NCBI RefSeq assembly: GCF_963921235.1
Contig: NW_026948187.1
Location: 1,860,001 to 1,924,000, forward strand
Reading direction: 5' to 3'
Length of the DNA: 64,000 bases
Source: Mobula hypostoma
Taxonomy: Eukaryota
Under the pieces are notes generated by a model. That model saw nothing but the letters and a program-made list of their open reading frames with translations. It was not told the origin of the DNA and searched no databases. The position numbers and the translations under genes were made by a program. The first letter of the stretch is position 1; every line of letters starts with the position of its first letter. Of the stretch, positions 1 to 12,900 are shown one piece after another.

Positions 1-908
1 GCCCACAGTGTTAAATGAATTATACAGTACTAGCATGGAGAGAAGACTGCTTGATTGTGAATAAATGGGGGCTTTTCTAGCTGGCTGCCAGAGATTAGTG
101 ATGTCCCACATGGGTCAGTGTTGGGAACACTTCTTTTCACATTATATATCAATGCTTTTGAATAGGGAATTGATGGCTTTATGGCCAAATTTGCAAATAT
201 AGGGGGACGAGGAATACTATACAGGAAGCATGGAGGCTGCAGATGGGGGTACTCTGGAGAGCTGAGGAGAATGGTTATGCACTTTTTTAAGAAGGAAGAA
301 AAGCATAGAGTATTTTCTAAAAGGCAAAAATTTCAAAAATATGCGGTGCAAATGGACTTGGAAATTGTCATGTAGGGTTCCCTAAAGTTGCAGATTGGGT
401 CGGTCGTGAGGAAGGAAATACATTGTCAGCAATCAGGTCAAGAGAACTAAAACGTATAGGCAAGGATGCAATGAGGATTATTTATAAGGCACTGGTGTGG
501 ACTCACTTGGAGTTTCATCAACAGTATTATTACCCGTCTCAGAAACACATTGAAGAATGACCAGAAGATGACATGAGAATGACACTGTGAATAAAATTGT
601 TATCATACGAGGATGGCTCTGTGCCAGTACTCATGGGAGCTTCGTAAAATGAGGAGTGAAAACCTATTATAGAGGAATCTGGAGAGGGTATTTTCAATAG
701 TGGTTGTCCAGGTCTAGAGGGCACAGCCTCGGAACAGAGGCAAGTCAATTTAGAACGGATATGGAGAGGAATTTATTTCGACAAGGGGTTGTTAATCTGA
801 TGAATTTATTGTCACAGGCACTTGTTGTGGCCAGGCTAGTGGGTGTATTTAAAGCAGATTGTGATGGGTTCTTCATTAGTCAGGGAGTAAAAGGTTACAG
901 GGACAAAG
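1..908 (+). mobile_element. Degenerate CR1 LINE RT fragment; its 3' UTR resumes at 3322-3424 after a nested younger CR1
   Basis: Decayed GSVLG-LLF-LYIN and MAKFA RT motifs. ...ggttacagggacAAAG continues as AAAGcaggatttggg...tcttatggtcttat after the insertion. Confidence 0.8.
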
Positions 909-3321
909 ATGGTTTAGAGTTTGTAAAATGTGTTTAGGAAAGTTTTCTAAATCAATATATAGAGGGACCAACTAGAGGGGATGCAATATTGGATCTCCTG
1001 TTAGGTAACAAATTAAGGCAAATGACGGAAGTCTGTGTAGGGGAGCACTTTGGTTCCAGTGATCATAACACCATTAGTTTCAAATTGATCATGGACAAGG
1101 ATACATCTGGTCCTAGGGTTGAGGTTCTGAACTGGAAGAAGGCCAAATTTGAAGAAATGAGAAAGGATCTAAAAAGCGTGGATTGGGACAGGTTGTTCTC
1201 TGGCAAAGATGTGATTGGTAGGTGGGAAGCCTTCAAAGGGGGAATTTTGAGAGTGCAGAGTTTGTATGTTCCTGTCAGGATTAAAGGCAAATTGAATAGG
1301 AATAAGTAACCTTGGTTCTGAAGGGATATTGCAACTCTGATAAAGAAGAAGAGGGAGTTGTATGAAATGTATAGGAAACAGGGGGTAAATCAGGTGCTTG
1401 AGGAGTATAAGAAGTGCAAGAAAATACTTAAGAAAGAAATCAGGAGGGCTAAAAGAAGACATGAGGTTGCCTTGGCAGTCAAAGTGAAGGATAATCCAAA
1501 GAGCTTTTACAAATATATTAAGAGAAAAAGGATTGTAAGGGATAAAATTGGTCCTCTTGAAGATCAGAGTGGTCGGCTTTGTGCGGAACCAAAGGAAATG
1601 GGGGAGATCTTATATAGATTTTTTGCGTCTGTATTTACTAAGGAAGCTGGCATAAAATCTATGGAATTGAGGGAATCAAGTAGTGAGACCATGGAAACTT
1701 ATACAGATTAAAAAGGAGGAGGTGCTTGCTGTCTTGAGGAAAATTAAATTGGATAAATCCCCGGGACCTGACAAAGTGTTCCCTCGGACCTTGAAGGAGA
1801 CTAGTGTTGAAATTGCGGGGGCCCTGGCAGAAATACTTAAAATGTTGCTGTCTACGGGTGAAGTGCCGGAGGATTGGAGAGTGGCTCACCTTGTTCCGTT
1901 GTTTAAAAATGGATCGAAAAGTAATCTGGGAAGTTATAGGCCGGTGAGTTTAACGTCAGTAGTAGGTAAGTTATTGGAGGGAGTACTAAGAGACAGAATC
2001 TATAAGCATTTGGATAGACAGGGGCTTATTAGGGAGAGTCAACATGGCTTTGTGCGTGGTAGGTCATGTTTGACCAATCTTTTGGAGTTTTTCGAGGAGG
2101 TTACCAGGAAAGTGGATGAAGGGAAGGCAGTGGATATTGTCTACATGGACTTCAGTAAGGCCTTTGACAAGGTCCTGCATGGGAGGTTAGTTAGGAAAAT
2201 TCAGTCGTTAGGTATACATGGAGAGGTGGTAAATTGGATTAGACATTGGCTCGATGGAAGAAGCCAGAGAGTGGTGGTAGAGAATTGCTTCTCTGAGTGG
2301 ACGCCTGTGATTACTGGTGTGCCACAGGGATCAGTGCTGGGTCCATTGTTATTTGTCAATGATCTGGATGATAATGTGGTAAATTGGATCAGCAAGTTTG
2401 ATGATGATACAAAGATTGGAGGTGTAGTAGACAGTGAGGAAGGTTTTCAGAGCCTGCAGAAGGACTTGGACCAGCTGGAAAAATGGGCTGAAAAATAACA
2501 GATGGAGTTTATTACTGACAAGTGTGAGGTATTGCACGTTGGAAGGACAAACGAACGTAGAATATAGAGGGTTAATGGTAAGGCACTGAGGAGTGCAGTG
2601 GAACAGAGGGATCTGGGAATACAGATACAAAATTTCCTAAAAGTGGCGTCACAGGTAGATAGGGTCGTAAAGAGAGCTTTTGGTACATTGGCCTTTATTA
2701 ATCGAAGTATTGAGTATAAGAGCTGGAATGTTATGATGAGGTTATATAAGGCATTGGTGAGGCCGAATCTGGAGCATTGTGTTCAGTTTTGGTCACCAAA
2801 TTACAGGAAGGATATAAATAAGGTTGAAAGAGTGCAGAGAAGGTTTACAAGGATGTTGCCGGGAATTGAGAAACTCAGTTACAGAGAAAGGTTGAATAGG
2901 TTAGGACTTTATTCCATGGAGCGTAGAAGAATGAGGGGAGATTTGATAGAGGTATATAAAATTATAATGGGTATAGATAGAGTGAATGCAAGCAGACTTT
3001 TTCCATTGAGGCAAGGGGAGAAAAAAAAAACAGAGGACATGGGTTAAGAGTGAGGAGGGAAAAGTTTAAAGGGAACATTAGGGGGGGCTTCTTCACACAG
3101 AGAGTGGTAGGAGTATGGAATGAGCTGCCAGACGAGGTGGTAAATGCGGGTTCTTTTGTAACATTTAAGAATAAATTGGACAGATAAACGGATGGGAGGT
3201 GTATGGAGGGATATGGTCCGTGTGCAGGTCAGTGGGACCAGGCAGAAAATGGTTCGGCACAGCCAAGAAGGGCCAAAAGGCCTGTTTCTGTGCTGTAGTT
3301 TCTATGGTTTCTATGGTTTCT
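909..3321 (+). mobile_element. CR1 LINE, young family 'A', 5'-truncated (end of endonuclease + RT, disrupted)
   Basis: ORFs 989-1309, 1358-1711, 1683-2498 and 2598-3047 carry KSPGPD, YRPVSLTS, QHGF, YMDFSKAFDKV and GVPQGSVLGP. 3' tail is (GTTTCTATG)n. Candidate 4-bp TSD AAAG at 905-908 and 3322-3325. Confidence 0.95.
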
Positions 3322-3676
3322 AAAGCAGGATTTGGGTGGGAAAATGGATCAGCCAGGATCAAGTGATGGAGAAGCCCCGACAGGGTGATTGCCCAAATTC
3401 TGCGCTGATCTCTTATGGTCTTATCCAGCCCTCAGTATACAGGTCTTATAAGTCCTGTATGCGCTCCTCCATTTCCCTTGACCATACTTGCCCAGTGCTC
3501 ATCCCTTGCACCGTGCTGTTTTGCCTGTGCCGCTACACTGAGAGTAGATTTACAGCCAGATTCAATGAACTATCCAAGGTGGATGGGAACTTCATGACCT
3601 TCATGAGAACTGACATTCCTTGGCCAGTCTTTTTAAAGAGTTTCGGCTCAAAACGCAGAGTTCAATTCATTTCAAT

Positions 3677-3746
3677 GGATGCTGCCTGACCAGCTGCATT
3701 TCTCCAGCATTTTGAGTGTAACTGTTGTTCTGAATTTCCAGCATCA
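3677..3746 (+). mobile_element. Penelope-like terminal repeat fragment
   Basis: gatgctgcctgac...ccagcatttt...tttccagcatc matches the terminal repeat at 9398-9583, 39838-39950 and 54458-54552. Confidence 0.55.
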
Positions 3747-4689
3747 GAATATTGTTTGTGTTTATTCATGCATTAAAGCATTTTAACAGACCGTATATCT
3801 GTAAGCGTGGTTTATCTGCAATTAGCTCTTTCGTGGGTCATTCGCCATTGGAAGTATTTTGTAACTTGGCCACAGAAAACAGACTACCAGAAGCTCTCCA
3901 CATCGCCACTGTGCAACTATGAAAACCCACAGGAAAGGGACCTTCAAAAATACAGACTGTATTCATATAGCTTGATCCCAGAACTCTTGAAAATACTCCA
4001 ATCATCTGGTGCCAGATTTACGAAATGAGATTTGGAATTGTCTTCCACATCAGGGCTTGTATGGTGATGAAACAGACGGGCTATTCCTTGGACTGTTACC
4101 TGAAGAACAACAGCTATACTCTTGTCTGTGTTTCACTCACATTCATCTGATTCAGGATCTCTTGCTACTTTCACTCAGGTGAAGCTTTGCATGGTGAGCG
4201 GAGTCATTCGACCATTATAGGTGTCAGTTCCTGAGCTTGAACCAATGGATTGATTCATTACTCAAAGATACTTTATCAATGGGATCAAAGAGGACACTTC
4301 TGTGAGCATTGTTTGCACCTGTATACATTTCTTCATTTGAACTATTGTGTACCAATGGGACAGAAGTTTAATTATAAAGATCCTAGTGATCATACCTGTA
4401 GCCATTCTGATTCTGACCGACGACTGTTGATGGTCACTTGCCGCCTTCTTGTCTAATCTTCGGTCCTGGTACAGCAAACCCTCACTTGCTGGTGATGCTA
4501 TGAATTACACAACAAGAAGAGAGTGATAGTACACTTATTTTGCAAATATGACAACATCTCTTGCATTATTGCAGTAGTTGGCTTAGGGTGCAAGCAGTCC
4601 CCAATAATATCAACCTCCACACCACGTTCCTATGTCTGTCCAGTGCCTTCTGGTACATCCTACTGATAGTCATGGGGCGATGGAGCCGA

Positions 4690-5500
4690 TACAGACACTT
4701 CAACCTAAGGAGACCATGTCGAACACAGTGAGGACCGTAATGGTCCCAATTTCCTGTGATGGGTCAATATCCCTCCAAGTCCCTTCACTCCATCTGCCCA
4801 TCTGCACTGCATTTAAATGATACTATTGTGTCTGCCTCATCCACATCCCCTGGTAGCTCACTCCACATAATCACATGCCTTTGCATGAAAACATTGCTTT
4901 TCATGCCCATTTTAAACTTTTCCCCATATCCTTAATCTGTTACCCTAGTTGTGGTCTCACCTGAAATCGGGAAAAGATTTAATGTTGACCTTATCTCTGT
5001 CTCTCATATATTTGAGCATGTATCTAAAGTTCCTATTCATTCCCTGGTCTTCCAGGAATTAAAGAATCAGCCTGGTTGTCCTCTTCCTGTAATTCAGGCC
5101 TTTAGTCTTGGCAACTTCATCGTAAATCTTCTCTACACTCCCCAGTTTAACCACAACTTTTCTATAAATGTATTCCAAGCGCAGCCTCACAAAACTCAAC
5201 TGTACAAGATGTCCTTGCCTCTCTTCTCAATCCTGACCACTGAAGGCCAGTAAGCCAAACATCTTTCTCAATAACCCTGTACCGCTAGGGCCCTCTGTTC
5301 CTTTACACTACCTTATGCCCTACCACACACATCATCGGTACTACGTTGCTTCCTTTTCCAAAACTTCCAATAAGTATCTTTAATTCAATTTATTTACCTG
5401 TTCTCTGCCTTTTTCCCAAACTGAGCAACATTCCCTGCAATCTATGATAATGTTCACTATGAGTAGCACTCCTAATTTTGTTTCAACTGTAAACCTACTG
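4690..5500 (-). mobile_element. Old degenerate CR1 3' fragment
   Basis: Reverse complement resembles the CR1 RT C-terminus and 3' UTR; heavily mutated. Confidence 0.6.
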
Positions 5501-5509
5501 TTAAGGACA

Positions 5510-6195
5510 CATGATATCACAGGAATGTTACTGGCATATTTAGAGCATTGGTTGATTGGTAGAAGTAAGTGAATGGGAATAAAGGGATCCTTTTTCTAGT
5601 GGGCTGCCAGTGAGTAGTGGTGTTCTGCACGGAGTCAATATTGGCACCACTTCTTTTTATGCTGTATATCAATGATTTAGATGATGGAGTAGATGGCTTT
5701 GTTGCCAAGTTTGCAGATGGTACAAAGAGTAGTGGAGGGGCAGGTAGCGTTAAGGAAGCATGTAGGATGCAGAAGGGCTTAGACAGATTACCAGAATGGG
5801 AGAATAGGTAAGACAGCGGCAAATAAAATACAATGTTGGAAATGCAAGATCATGCGCTTTGGTAGTAGATATAAATGTGCAGACTGTTTTATAAACGAGG
5901 AGAAATTCCAAACATCTGAGATGCAAAGGAACTTCTTGTCATCGTGCACAACAACCTGAAGGCTAACTTAAAGGTACAGTCATCAGGGAGGAAACCAAAT
6001 GCAATGTTATCATTCATTTCAAGAGGTCTAGGATACAAGAGCAGGGATATGATGCTGAGACATTAAGAAGTACTGGTAAGACCTCACCTTGAGTATTGAT
6101 AACAGTTTTGGACTTCTCCTGTAAAATATGTGCTGACATTGGAGAGGGTTCAGAGGAGGTTCACAATTCCCAGCACAGATGCTGGGAATGAAAAG
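5510..6195 (+). mobile_element. CR1 family 'B' RT fragment
   Basis: YINDLDDGVDGFVAKFADGTK; colinear with 26215-26885. Confidence 0.85.
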
Positions 6196-7587
6196 GTGAG
6201 TTTAACGTGAGTAGTACGTAAGGTATTGGAGGGAGTACTAACAGACAGAATCTACAAGCATTTCGATAGACAGGGACTTATTAGGGAGAGTCAACGTCGC
6301 TTAGTGCGTGGAAGGTCATGTTTGACCAATCTATTGGAGTTTTTCGAGGAGGTTACCAGGAAACTGGATGAAGGGAAGGCAGTGGATGTTGTCTACATGG
6401 ATTTCAGTAAGGCCTTTGACAAGGTCCCGCATGGGAGGTAAGTTAGGAAAATTCAGTCGCTAGGTATACATGGAGAGGTGGTAAATTGGATTAGACATTG
6501 GCTCGTTGGAAGAAGCCAGAGAGTGGTAGTAGAGAATTGCTTCTCTGAGTGGAGGCCTGTGACTAGTGGTGTGCCACAGGGATCAGTGCTGGGTCCATTG
6601 TTATTTGTCATCTATATCAATGATCTGGATGATAATGTGGTAAATTGGATCAGCAAATTTGCTGATGATACAAAGATTGGAGGTGTAGTAGACAGTGAGG
6701 AAGGTTTTCAGAGCCTGCAGAAGGACTTGGACCAACTGGAAAAATGGGCTGAAAAATGGCAAATGGAATTTAATACAGACAAGTGTGAGGTATTGCACAT
6801 TGGAAGGACAAACCAAGGTAGAACATAAAGGGTTAATATAAGGCACTGAGGAATGCAGTGGAACAGAGGGATCTGGGAATACAGATACAAAATTTCCTAA
6901 AAGTGGCGTCACAGGTAGATAGGGTCCTAAAGAGAGCTTTTGGTACATTGGCCTTTATTAATCAAAGTATTGAGTTTAAGAGCTGGAATGTTATGATGAG
7001 GTTGTATAAGGCATTGGTGAGGCCGAATCTGGAGTATTGTGCTCAGTTTTGGTCACCAAATTACAGGAAGGATATATATATATAAGGTTGAAGGAGTGCA
7101 GAGAAGGTTTACAAGGAAGTTGCCAGGACTTGAGAAACTCAGTTACAGAGAAAGGTTGAATAGGTTAGGACTTTATTCCCTGGAGCGTAGAAGAATGAGG
7201 GGTGACTTGATAGAGGTATATAAAATTATGATGGGTATAGATAGAGTGAATGCAAGCAGGCTTTTTCCATTGAGGCAAGGGGAGAAAAAAAACAGAGGAC
7301 ATGGGTTAAGGGTGAGGGAGGAAAAGTTTAAAGGGAAGATTGGGGGGGCGCTTCTTCACACAGAGAGTGTTGGGAGTATGGAATGAGCTGCCAGATGAGT
7401 GGTAAATGCGGGTTCTTTTTTAACATTTAAGAATAAATTGGACAGATACATGGATGGGAGGTGTATGGAGGGATATGGTCCGTGTGCAGGTCAGTGGGAC
7501 TAGGCGGAAAATGGTTCGGCATAGCGAAGAAGGGCTAAAAGGCCTGTTTCTGTGCTGTAGTTTCTAAGGTTTCTATGGTTTCTATGG
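6196..7587 (+). mobile_element. CR1 family 'A', 5'-truncated
   Basis: Near-identical to 1942-3321; FADDTK motif; ends in the GTTTCTATG tail. Confidence 0.95.
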
Positions 7588-7589
7588 AA

Positions 7590-8210
7590 ACGCAGTACAT
7601 CAGTCTACATCTATGAAAGGAGAAATGGTGGAAGACCCAGTTTCAGAACTGGGACTGCCCAAGATGCTGCCGATCTGCTGAATGTTTCCAGTATTTTCTC
7701 CTTTCTTTAAATTTCTTACAACTGTACTCCCCCCCCCAACCACTTCAATTTATGCACAGATAGTAACTGACTGCAAAATGTCAACAACACACTCCACCCC
7801 CACCAGTTTGTAAGTTCATTCTGACCCTGGTGTAACTCATTCCACGCAGTCAATGCTCACAGCATCCTTTCCTCCCGCTTTTATTCTGTTACTTTTGCTC
7901 CCGAGGCCACTGTCTCCACGCTGAGAGGCGGTGACCACAGCGCGATAAAAAAGTACAACACTTGCTGCAGCTCTGACAGGCTGTTACTCTGGAAACAGAG
8001 GATGTGGCTCAGCAAAAGTTACCGAGAAAAGGAAATAACAAATTCACCGTATGCTACAAGTCTCATTATGACAAAGGTTAACACTGCAACCATTTTGTAA
8101 CGGTGAAACTAAGATTGTAATGGCTGCTTTTTACCCTGCCAAGTGCGGTGCTCAATTAAACCTCTGGTAGCTCCAGCTATCAAAAACCTATTCCTGGAAA
8201 ACCCTGAGGG
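7590..8210. repeat. Copy 1 of a locally tandem-duplicated non-coding module
   Basis: Aligns by eye over about 600 bp with 19750-20390, and more distantly with 12570-12900. Confidence 0.85.
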
Positions 8211-9168
8211 AAACGGTGCAAAACAACAGTTCACAATGAAGGCAAAGGTTAGAGGAAAGATTGCTGAAATATATCATTGAGACGATGGGATACAGTCTGA
8301 ACAAAGACTGTATAAGATGGGTAGGGAAAGACCAGATAGAACCAGGTGGGAAAAGGGATCAAGAGCAATCTCTGATGGTCCTCCAGCAATACACAGATTC
8401 TGAATTAATACTACATACTAGTAGATAACAGATTGTAAAATAACAAAGCTAGAACAAACATTAAGAATTTTGGTATATGCCCCTTTCCACTCAACAAGCT
8501 TTATAAACGCACCACAGAAAGTATCCATCCAGATATACTTCACGTCTTCTTCCGAGAAACCCAGATAAATGAACAAGACTTAATTCTCGCATTAATAGGG
8601 CAATATATCGGGAAACATTGTCAGCATTTCGGCAAGTCGCAGCCATGGAAAGAAGATGGAAATAAACTTCCCAGTCCCCCGAGAGTACGTGAGAGATCTG
8701 GATCTCACTGTCCTGTCTGAACGGGGAAAGATGAAACTACTCATACACGTGGAGCTGCGTTCCGAGGCTGCGATTACTCTGTTTAACCCTCGTGTCTGCA
8801 AGAATACAACAGGCCGAACGGTCGCTTCCAGTGTGTTGGAAATATGTAAAACAATTATCGACCCCAGGCATCGATCTAGGTGAAGTTTGGATCTGCTACC
8901 GGGCCGAGTGACGGAGGCAAAGTTCCCCAGGTAAAACTCAACGGAAAGGCTTAGTCCCGGAATCGCCACTTCATCCTGTTCCTAGGACCAAAGTAACAAG
9001 GACTGAGGGGCAGCTCATCTCAGGCGGTTCGGTGTGAAGGTCCCACAACCGGGACCGACACCGGCAGATTGTATCCTGCAAGCGGGACGAGGCCTCCAGC
9101 TCGGGGGAAATTAACGGAACTCACTGCCCAACATCAGGTCATCCCTCGGGATCGGCCTCAGTACTCAC

Positions 9169-9385
9169 CGAAGGGAAATTTTCGGTCTCGTTCTTCGCTC
9201 AGGACCGGCCTCAATATTGACCGATGATCTATTTGCCCCGCAGACAGCGATCGGTCCCCCGACTCTCCGCCGCCGATCCGATTCAACACACAATCGAAAG
9301 AAAACCACCGCCCACCCGGCGACTGCGAGTATTTGAAAAGTGATCGCGTCTCAGAGCGGGGGCGGGGCCTCGGAAGCAAAACTCG
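9169..9385 (-). promoter_or_regulatory. CpG-rich promoter-like region with candidate non-coding first exon
   Basis: GGGGGCGGGGC GC-box and CGGAAG ETS core at about 9357-9377; CpG-dense; consensus minus-strand donor CG|GTGAGTAC with GT at 9168-9167. Confidence 0.45.
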
Positions 9386-9397
9386 CAGATGCTACAG

Positions 9398-9583
9398 AAA
9401 CACAAGGAATTCCGCAGATGCTGGAAATTCAAGCAGCACACATCAAAGTTGCTGGTGAACGCAGCAGGCCAAGCAGCATCTCTTGGAAGATTTAATCTCT
9501 TACTAGCTTTTCGTTCAGTTAGTCCTGACGAAGGGTCTCGGCCCGAAACGTCGACTGTACCTCTTCCTAGAGATGCTGCCTGA
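9398..9583. mobile_element. Penelope-like element pseudo-LTR pair in inverted arrangement
   Basis: gcagcatctcttggaaga (about 9473-9490) and tcttcctagagatgctgc (about 9562-9579) are inverted copies. The same terminal sequence flanks GIY-YIG-encoding elements elsewhere in the window. Confidence 0.75.
9521..9556 (+). ncRNA. Minimal type I hammerhead ribozyme motif (Penelope-associated)
   Basis: AGTC-CTGACGA-A-GGGT(CTCG)GCCC-GAAA-CGTC-GACT: stem I AGTC/GACT, CUGANGA core, stem II hairpin, GAAA, GUC cleavage triplet. Confidence 0.75.
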
Positions 9584-10009
9584 TCCTCATTTCCTGGTGA
9601 ATCTCCATAACAAATACTCTCTAACCTCTTTGTTAATCCTCTATGGAATTAGTTTCCATCTTCTGCAGCTTTGTGATGCCCCAACCACTCACCTCCCACC
9701 CTGTCACTATTTCCACCTTCCCACCTCCCCCTCACATGGATCCACCTCTCACTCCCCAACTCTTGCTCCAGCCTCACCCCTCACTTCTTTTTTTTTGCTA
9801 TTTCCCGCCTACTCTCAGTCCAGAGGGGGGTCTCGGCCCGAAATGTTGAAGGGTGATTTCCCTCCACAGATGCTGACTGACCCACTGAGTTCCTCCGGCA
9901 GTTTGTACCTCGGTCAATATAACCCATGTTAGTATGGGGAGCGGGATTTTACACCATAATCAAGATATAATCTCAGCAAAACCCAAGTAATTGTTTTGAT
10001 AATTACCAC

Positions 10010-11215
10010 ACAAACATGAGAAAGCCTGCAAATGCTGAAATCCAAAGCAACCACTACAAAATGCTGGAGGATCTCAGCACGTCAGGCAGTCTCTATGGAG
10101 TACAGTAAACAGTCAACATTTTGGGCAAAGAGTCTTCTTCATTACCGAGGAGGGTGACGTAAAGTATCTGAATAAAAATGTTGCGGGGGGCGGGGGGCGG
10201 TGGGAGAGAGAAAGAGGCGAGCTTGGAGGTTATAGGTGAAGTCAGTCAAGTGTAGGACAGGTCAAGGGCTGGAGAAGAAAGAATCGGAGCATTGTCAATA
10301 GGAGAAAGGGAAGGAGGGGACCCAGGGGGAAGTTGGTGAGGAGAAATGAAAGTTCTGAGTGGGTGGGTGGGGGTTGTTTACTGGAAGGAGAAGTCAAAAT
10401 CCATACAAACAGGTTAGAGGGTACCCAGATGAAATATAAGGTATGGCTCCACCCTCCACCCTGAGGGCAGTCTCATCTTGGCACAAGAGGAGGCTATTGA
10501 TCGAGACGTTGGAGTGGGAATCAGAATTAAAATGTTTGATCACTGTGAGATCCCCCTTCTGGAAGATGATATAGATGTTCGACAAAACGGTGTCCCTGTT
10601 CATGGTGGGTCTCACCAATCTAAATGAGGCCACATCGGGAGCACGGGACACAATAGATAACCCCAGCAGATTCGCAAGTGTAGTGTTGCCTCATCTGGAA
10701 GCACTGTTCCGGGCTCTGAATGGAGGTGCGGGAGGAGGTGTACGGGTAGGTGTAGCACTTAGGCCGCTTGCAGGGATAAGTGGCTGGAGGGAGATTAGTG
10801 AGGAGGGATGAATAAACAAGGCAATTGTGGAGAGAGTGATCCCTGTTGAAAGAAGAGGGTGGGATGTAGGATCACTCTGGAGATGGTGGAAGATACAGAG
10901 GCTGAAGAGGTAAGGACGAGAGGAACTCTGACTAGAACGGCGGTGGGAAAATGGGGTGAGCACGGATGTTTTAATGCTGGGGAGGACGGCATCAATAGTG
11001 AAGGGAGGACAGCCACATCCTGGGAATAGATGCAGCGGAAGCTAAGAAACTGAAAAAAGGGAACAGCATTTTAAAGGAGATAGGTTGGGAAGAGCTGTGG
11101 TCGAGATTAGCATGGGAATCGGTAAGCTTATAAAATAAGTCCGTGGACTATCTATCTCCAGAGATGGAGGCAGAGAGAGATCAGGAAAGGGCACGGAGGT
11201 GTTAGAGATGGACCA
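10010..11215 (-). mobile_element. Degenerate Penelope-like element (end of RT + GIY-YIG endonuclease)
   Basis: Minus strand reads CFQMRQHYTCESAGVIYCVPCSRCG followed by an IGET-like motif; terminal repeat at 10010-10150. Confidence 0.75.
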
Positions 11216-11429
11216 ACTTATACTAAACAGCGTTTTCAATAAATTCAATGTACCTTTGAATTCTCTCCCTACCCACTGCACCTCAATCCCTCACCATTTA
11301 AACACACTCTGCATTTCTGTTTCTCTGCAGTAATGGGTGATCTCACGTTTCCCACATTGGGCTCCAGCTGATCTGTTGTTCGCCCTACTCCTTTTGCCTC
11401 TATTACCCCGAAACTTCTCGACAGGCGAT

Positions 11430-11860
11430 ACAGACCATAGAACAGTACAGAACAGGAACAGGCCCTTCGACCCACAATGCTGTGTCGAACCAATTAAGTT
11501 AGTAATCAACTGTCCAACTAAACTAATTATTTCTGCCTGCACAATGTCCACAATCCTTCAATTTCCCCACATTCACGAGCCAATCTAAACATCTCTTACA
11601 AGTTCCCAATATACCTGCCTCTACCACCCACCCACCGACAGAGAGCACATTCCAGTCACACCACTTCCCGTGGAAAAAAAAAACTTGCCTATCACACCTC
11701 CGATGAAACAACTCTATCGCATTTTAAATGCTTTCCATCCGGCATTAGATATTTCTATGCTGGGGGAAAGATGCTGTCAATCTACACTATCTGTGCCTCT
11801 TTACAAACCTCTATCAAGCCTCACCACAGCCTGCATCACTCTAGAGAAACAACCCTGGTT
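11430..11860 (-). mobile_element. CR1 3' end fragment
   Basis: catagaacagtacagaacaggaacaggcccttc is a reverse-complemented CR1 3' terminus, followed by decayed RT C-terminus. Confidence 0.7.
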
Positions 11861-11959
11861 TTACATTGGAATGATCGGGTTCCTGGGAAATTGATTTGTG
11901 TAGAAAGCTCAATTTAAATCCATTCTCCCATAGCACAGAGCTTGTTCAACCTCTCATTA

Positions 11960-12900
11960 TAGCTCATGTCCTACAACATATTTCCACCTACCTGACCGGA
12001 AACTCTGCTTCATTGCAGAAGGAGGAACATCCAGCCTCATCTACAGAAGCACAAACCTGGGCCAAAGACAAAGCCGAAAGCCAGTTCCGCATTCCAAGAC
12101 CCCATCACAGGATTATAGCCAAAGCACCAACACTCCAGGACTCTTTCCAGTCGGCAATATGCTGCAGTGTCTTGGCTATTCCCAGTTCTAAAATTAACAC
12201 CCCCTTCCATCCCACAATGGAATTGGAGCCTGATGATGCCTTAACTGGGCAGAGAACCTGTGCCCTGGTCACCAGCAACTGGGAATATATTTTAACGTCC
12301 AAAGCAGCTAAACATTTTTCCATTATCTTATTGCCGAGCGGGAGCTGGAGCAGCACAATTCGCCGCCACATTTCCTGTAGTGTAGCAATAACAAAATGCT
12401 TTTAATATAAAATTGAAAATGAATCACTGGTAACTCAGTTCAGGTTTCTTTTTGATGCAAAAAGATTGATTGACTGACTGCAAGATGTTTACGACATCCT
12501 AGAAAATTTGTATAAATACAATCCCTACCTTAGTTATCTCTTCATTCCAACACAGACATCATATATTCCGTACAGTGAATACTCAAGGCATCCTGGCATC
12601 CACACCGGCTCCTGAGGCCACTGAGGGGCAATGACCAGAGGGCGATATAAATGTTCAACACTCCTTGCAGCTCTGGTGGGCTGTTACCCTGGTGATGGAG
12701 GAAGTGGCTCAGCTGAACTAACTGAACATAGGAAATAAGAAACTTAACCTCACGTGCTCTGAGTTCCATTGTGAGAAAGATGAACAGTGAACCCTCAGCT
12801 ATTTTGTAACAGGGAAGCTAAATTTCCATAGGTTCTTTTAACCCTTCCTTGAGGTGCATCCAGTAAATATGTTGGCAATTCCATTTCCACAGAATTTTCA
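11960..12900. repeat. Copy 2 of the tandem unit; 12090-12520 resembles an ancient Deu-domain SINE
   Basis: Homologous to 18150-18460, 19610-20390 and 21380-21720. The SINE resemblance (acactccag...tgctgcagtgtc...cattatcttattgc...tataaatacaa) is from memory of the consensus and is tentative. Confidence 0.6.
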
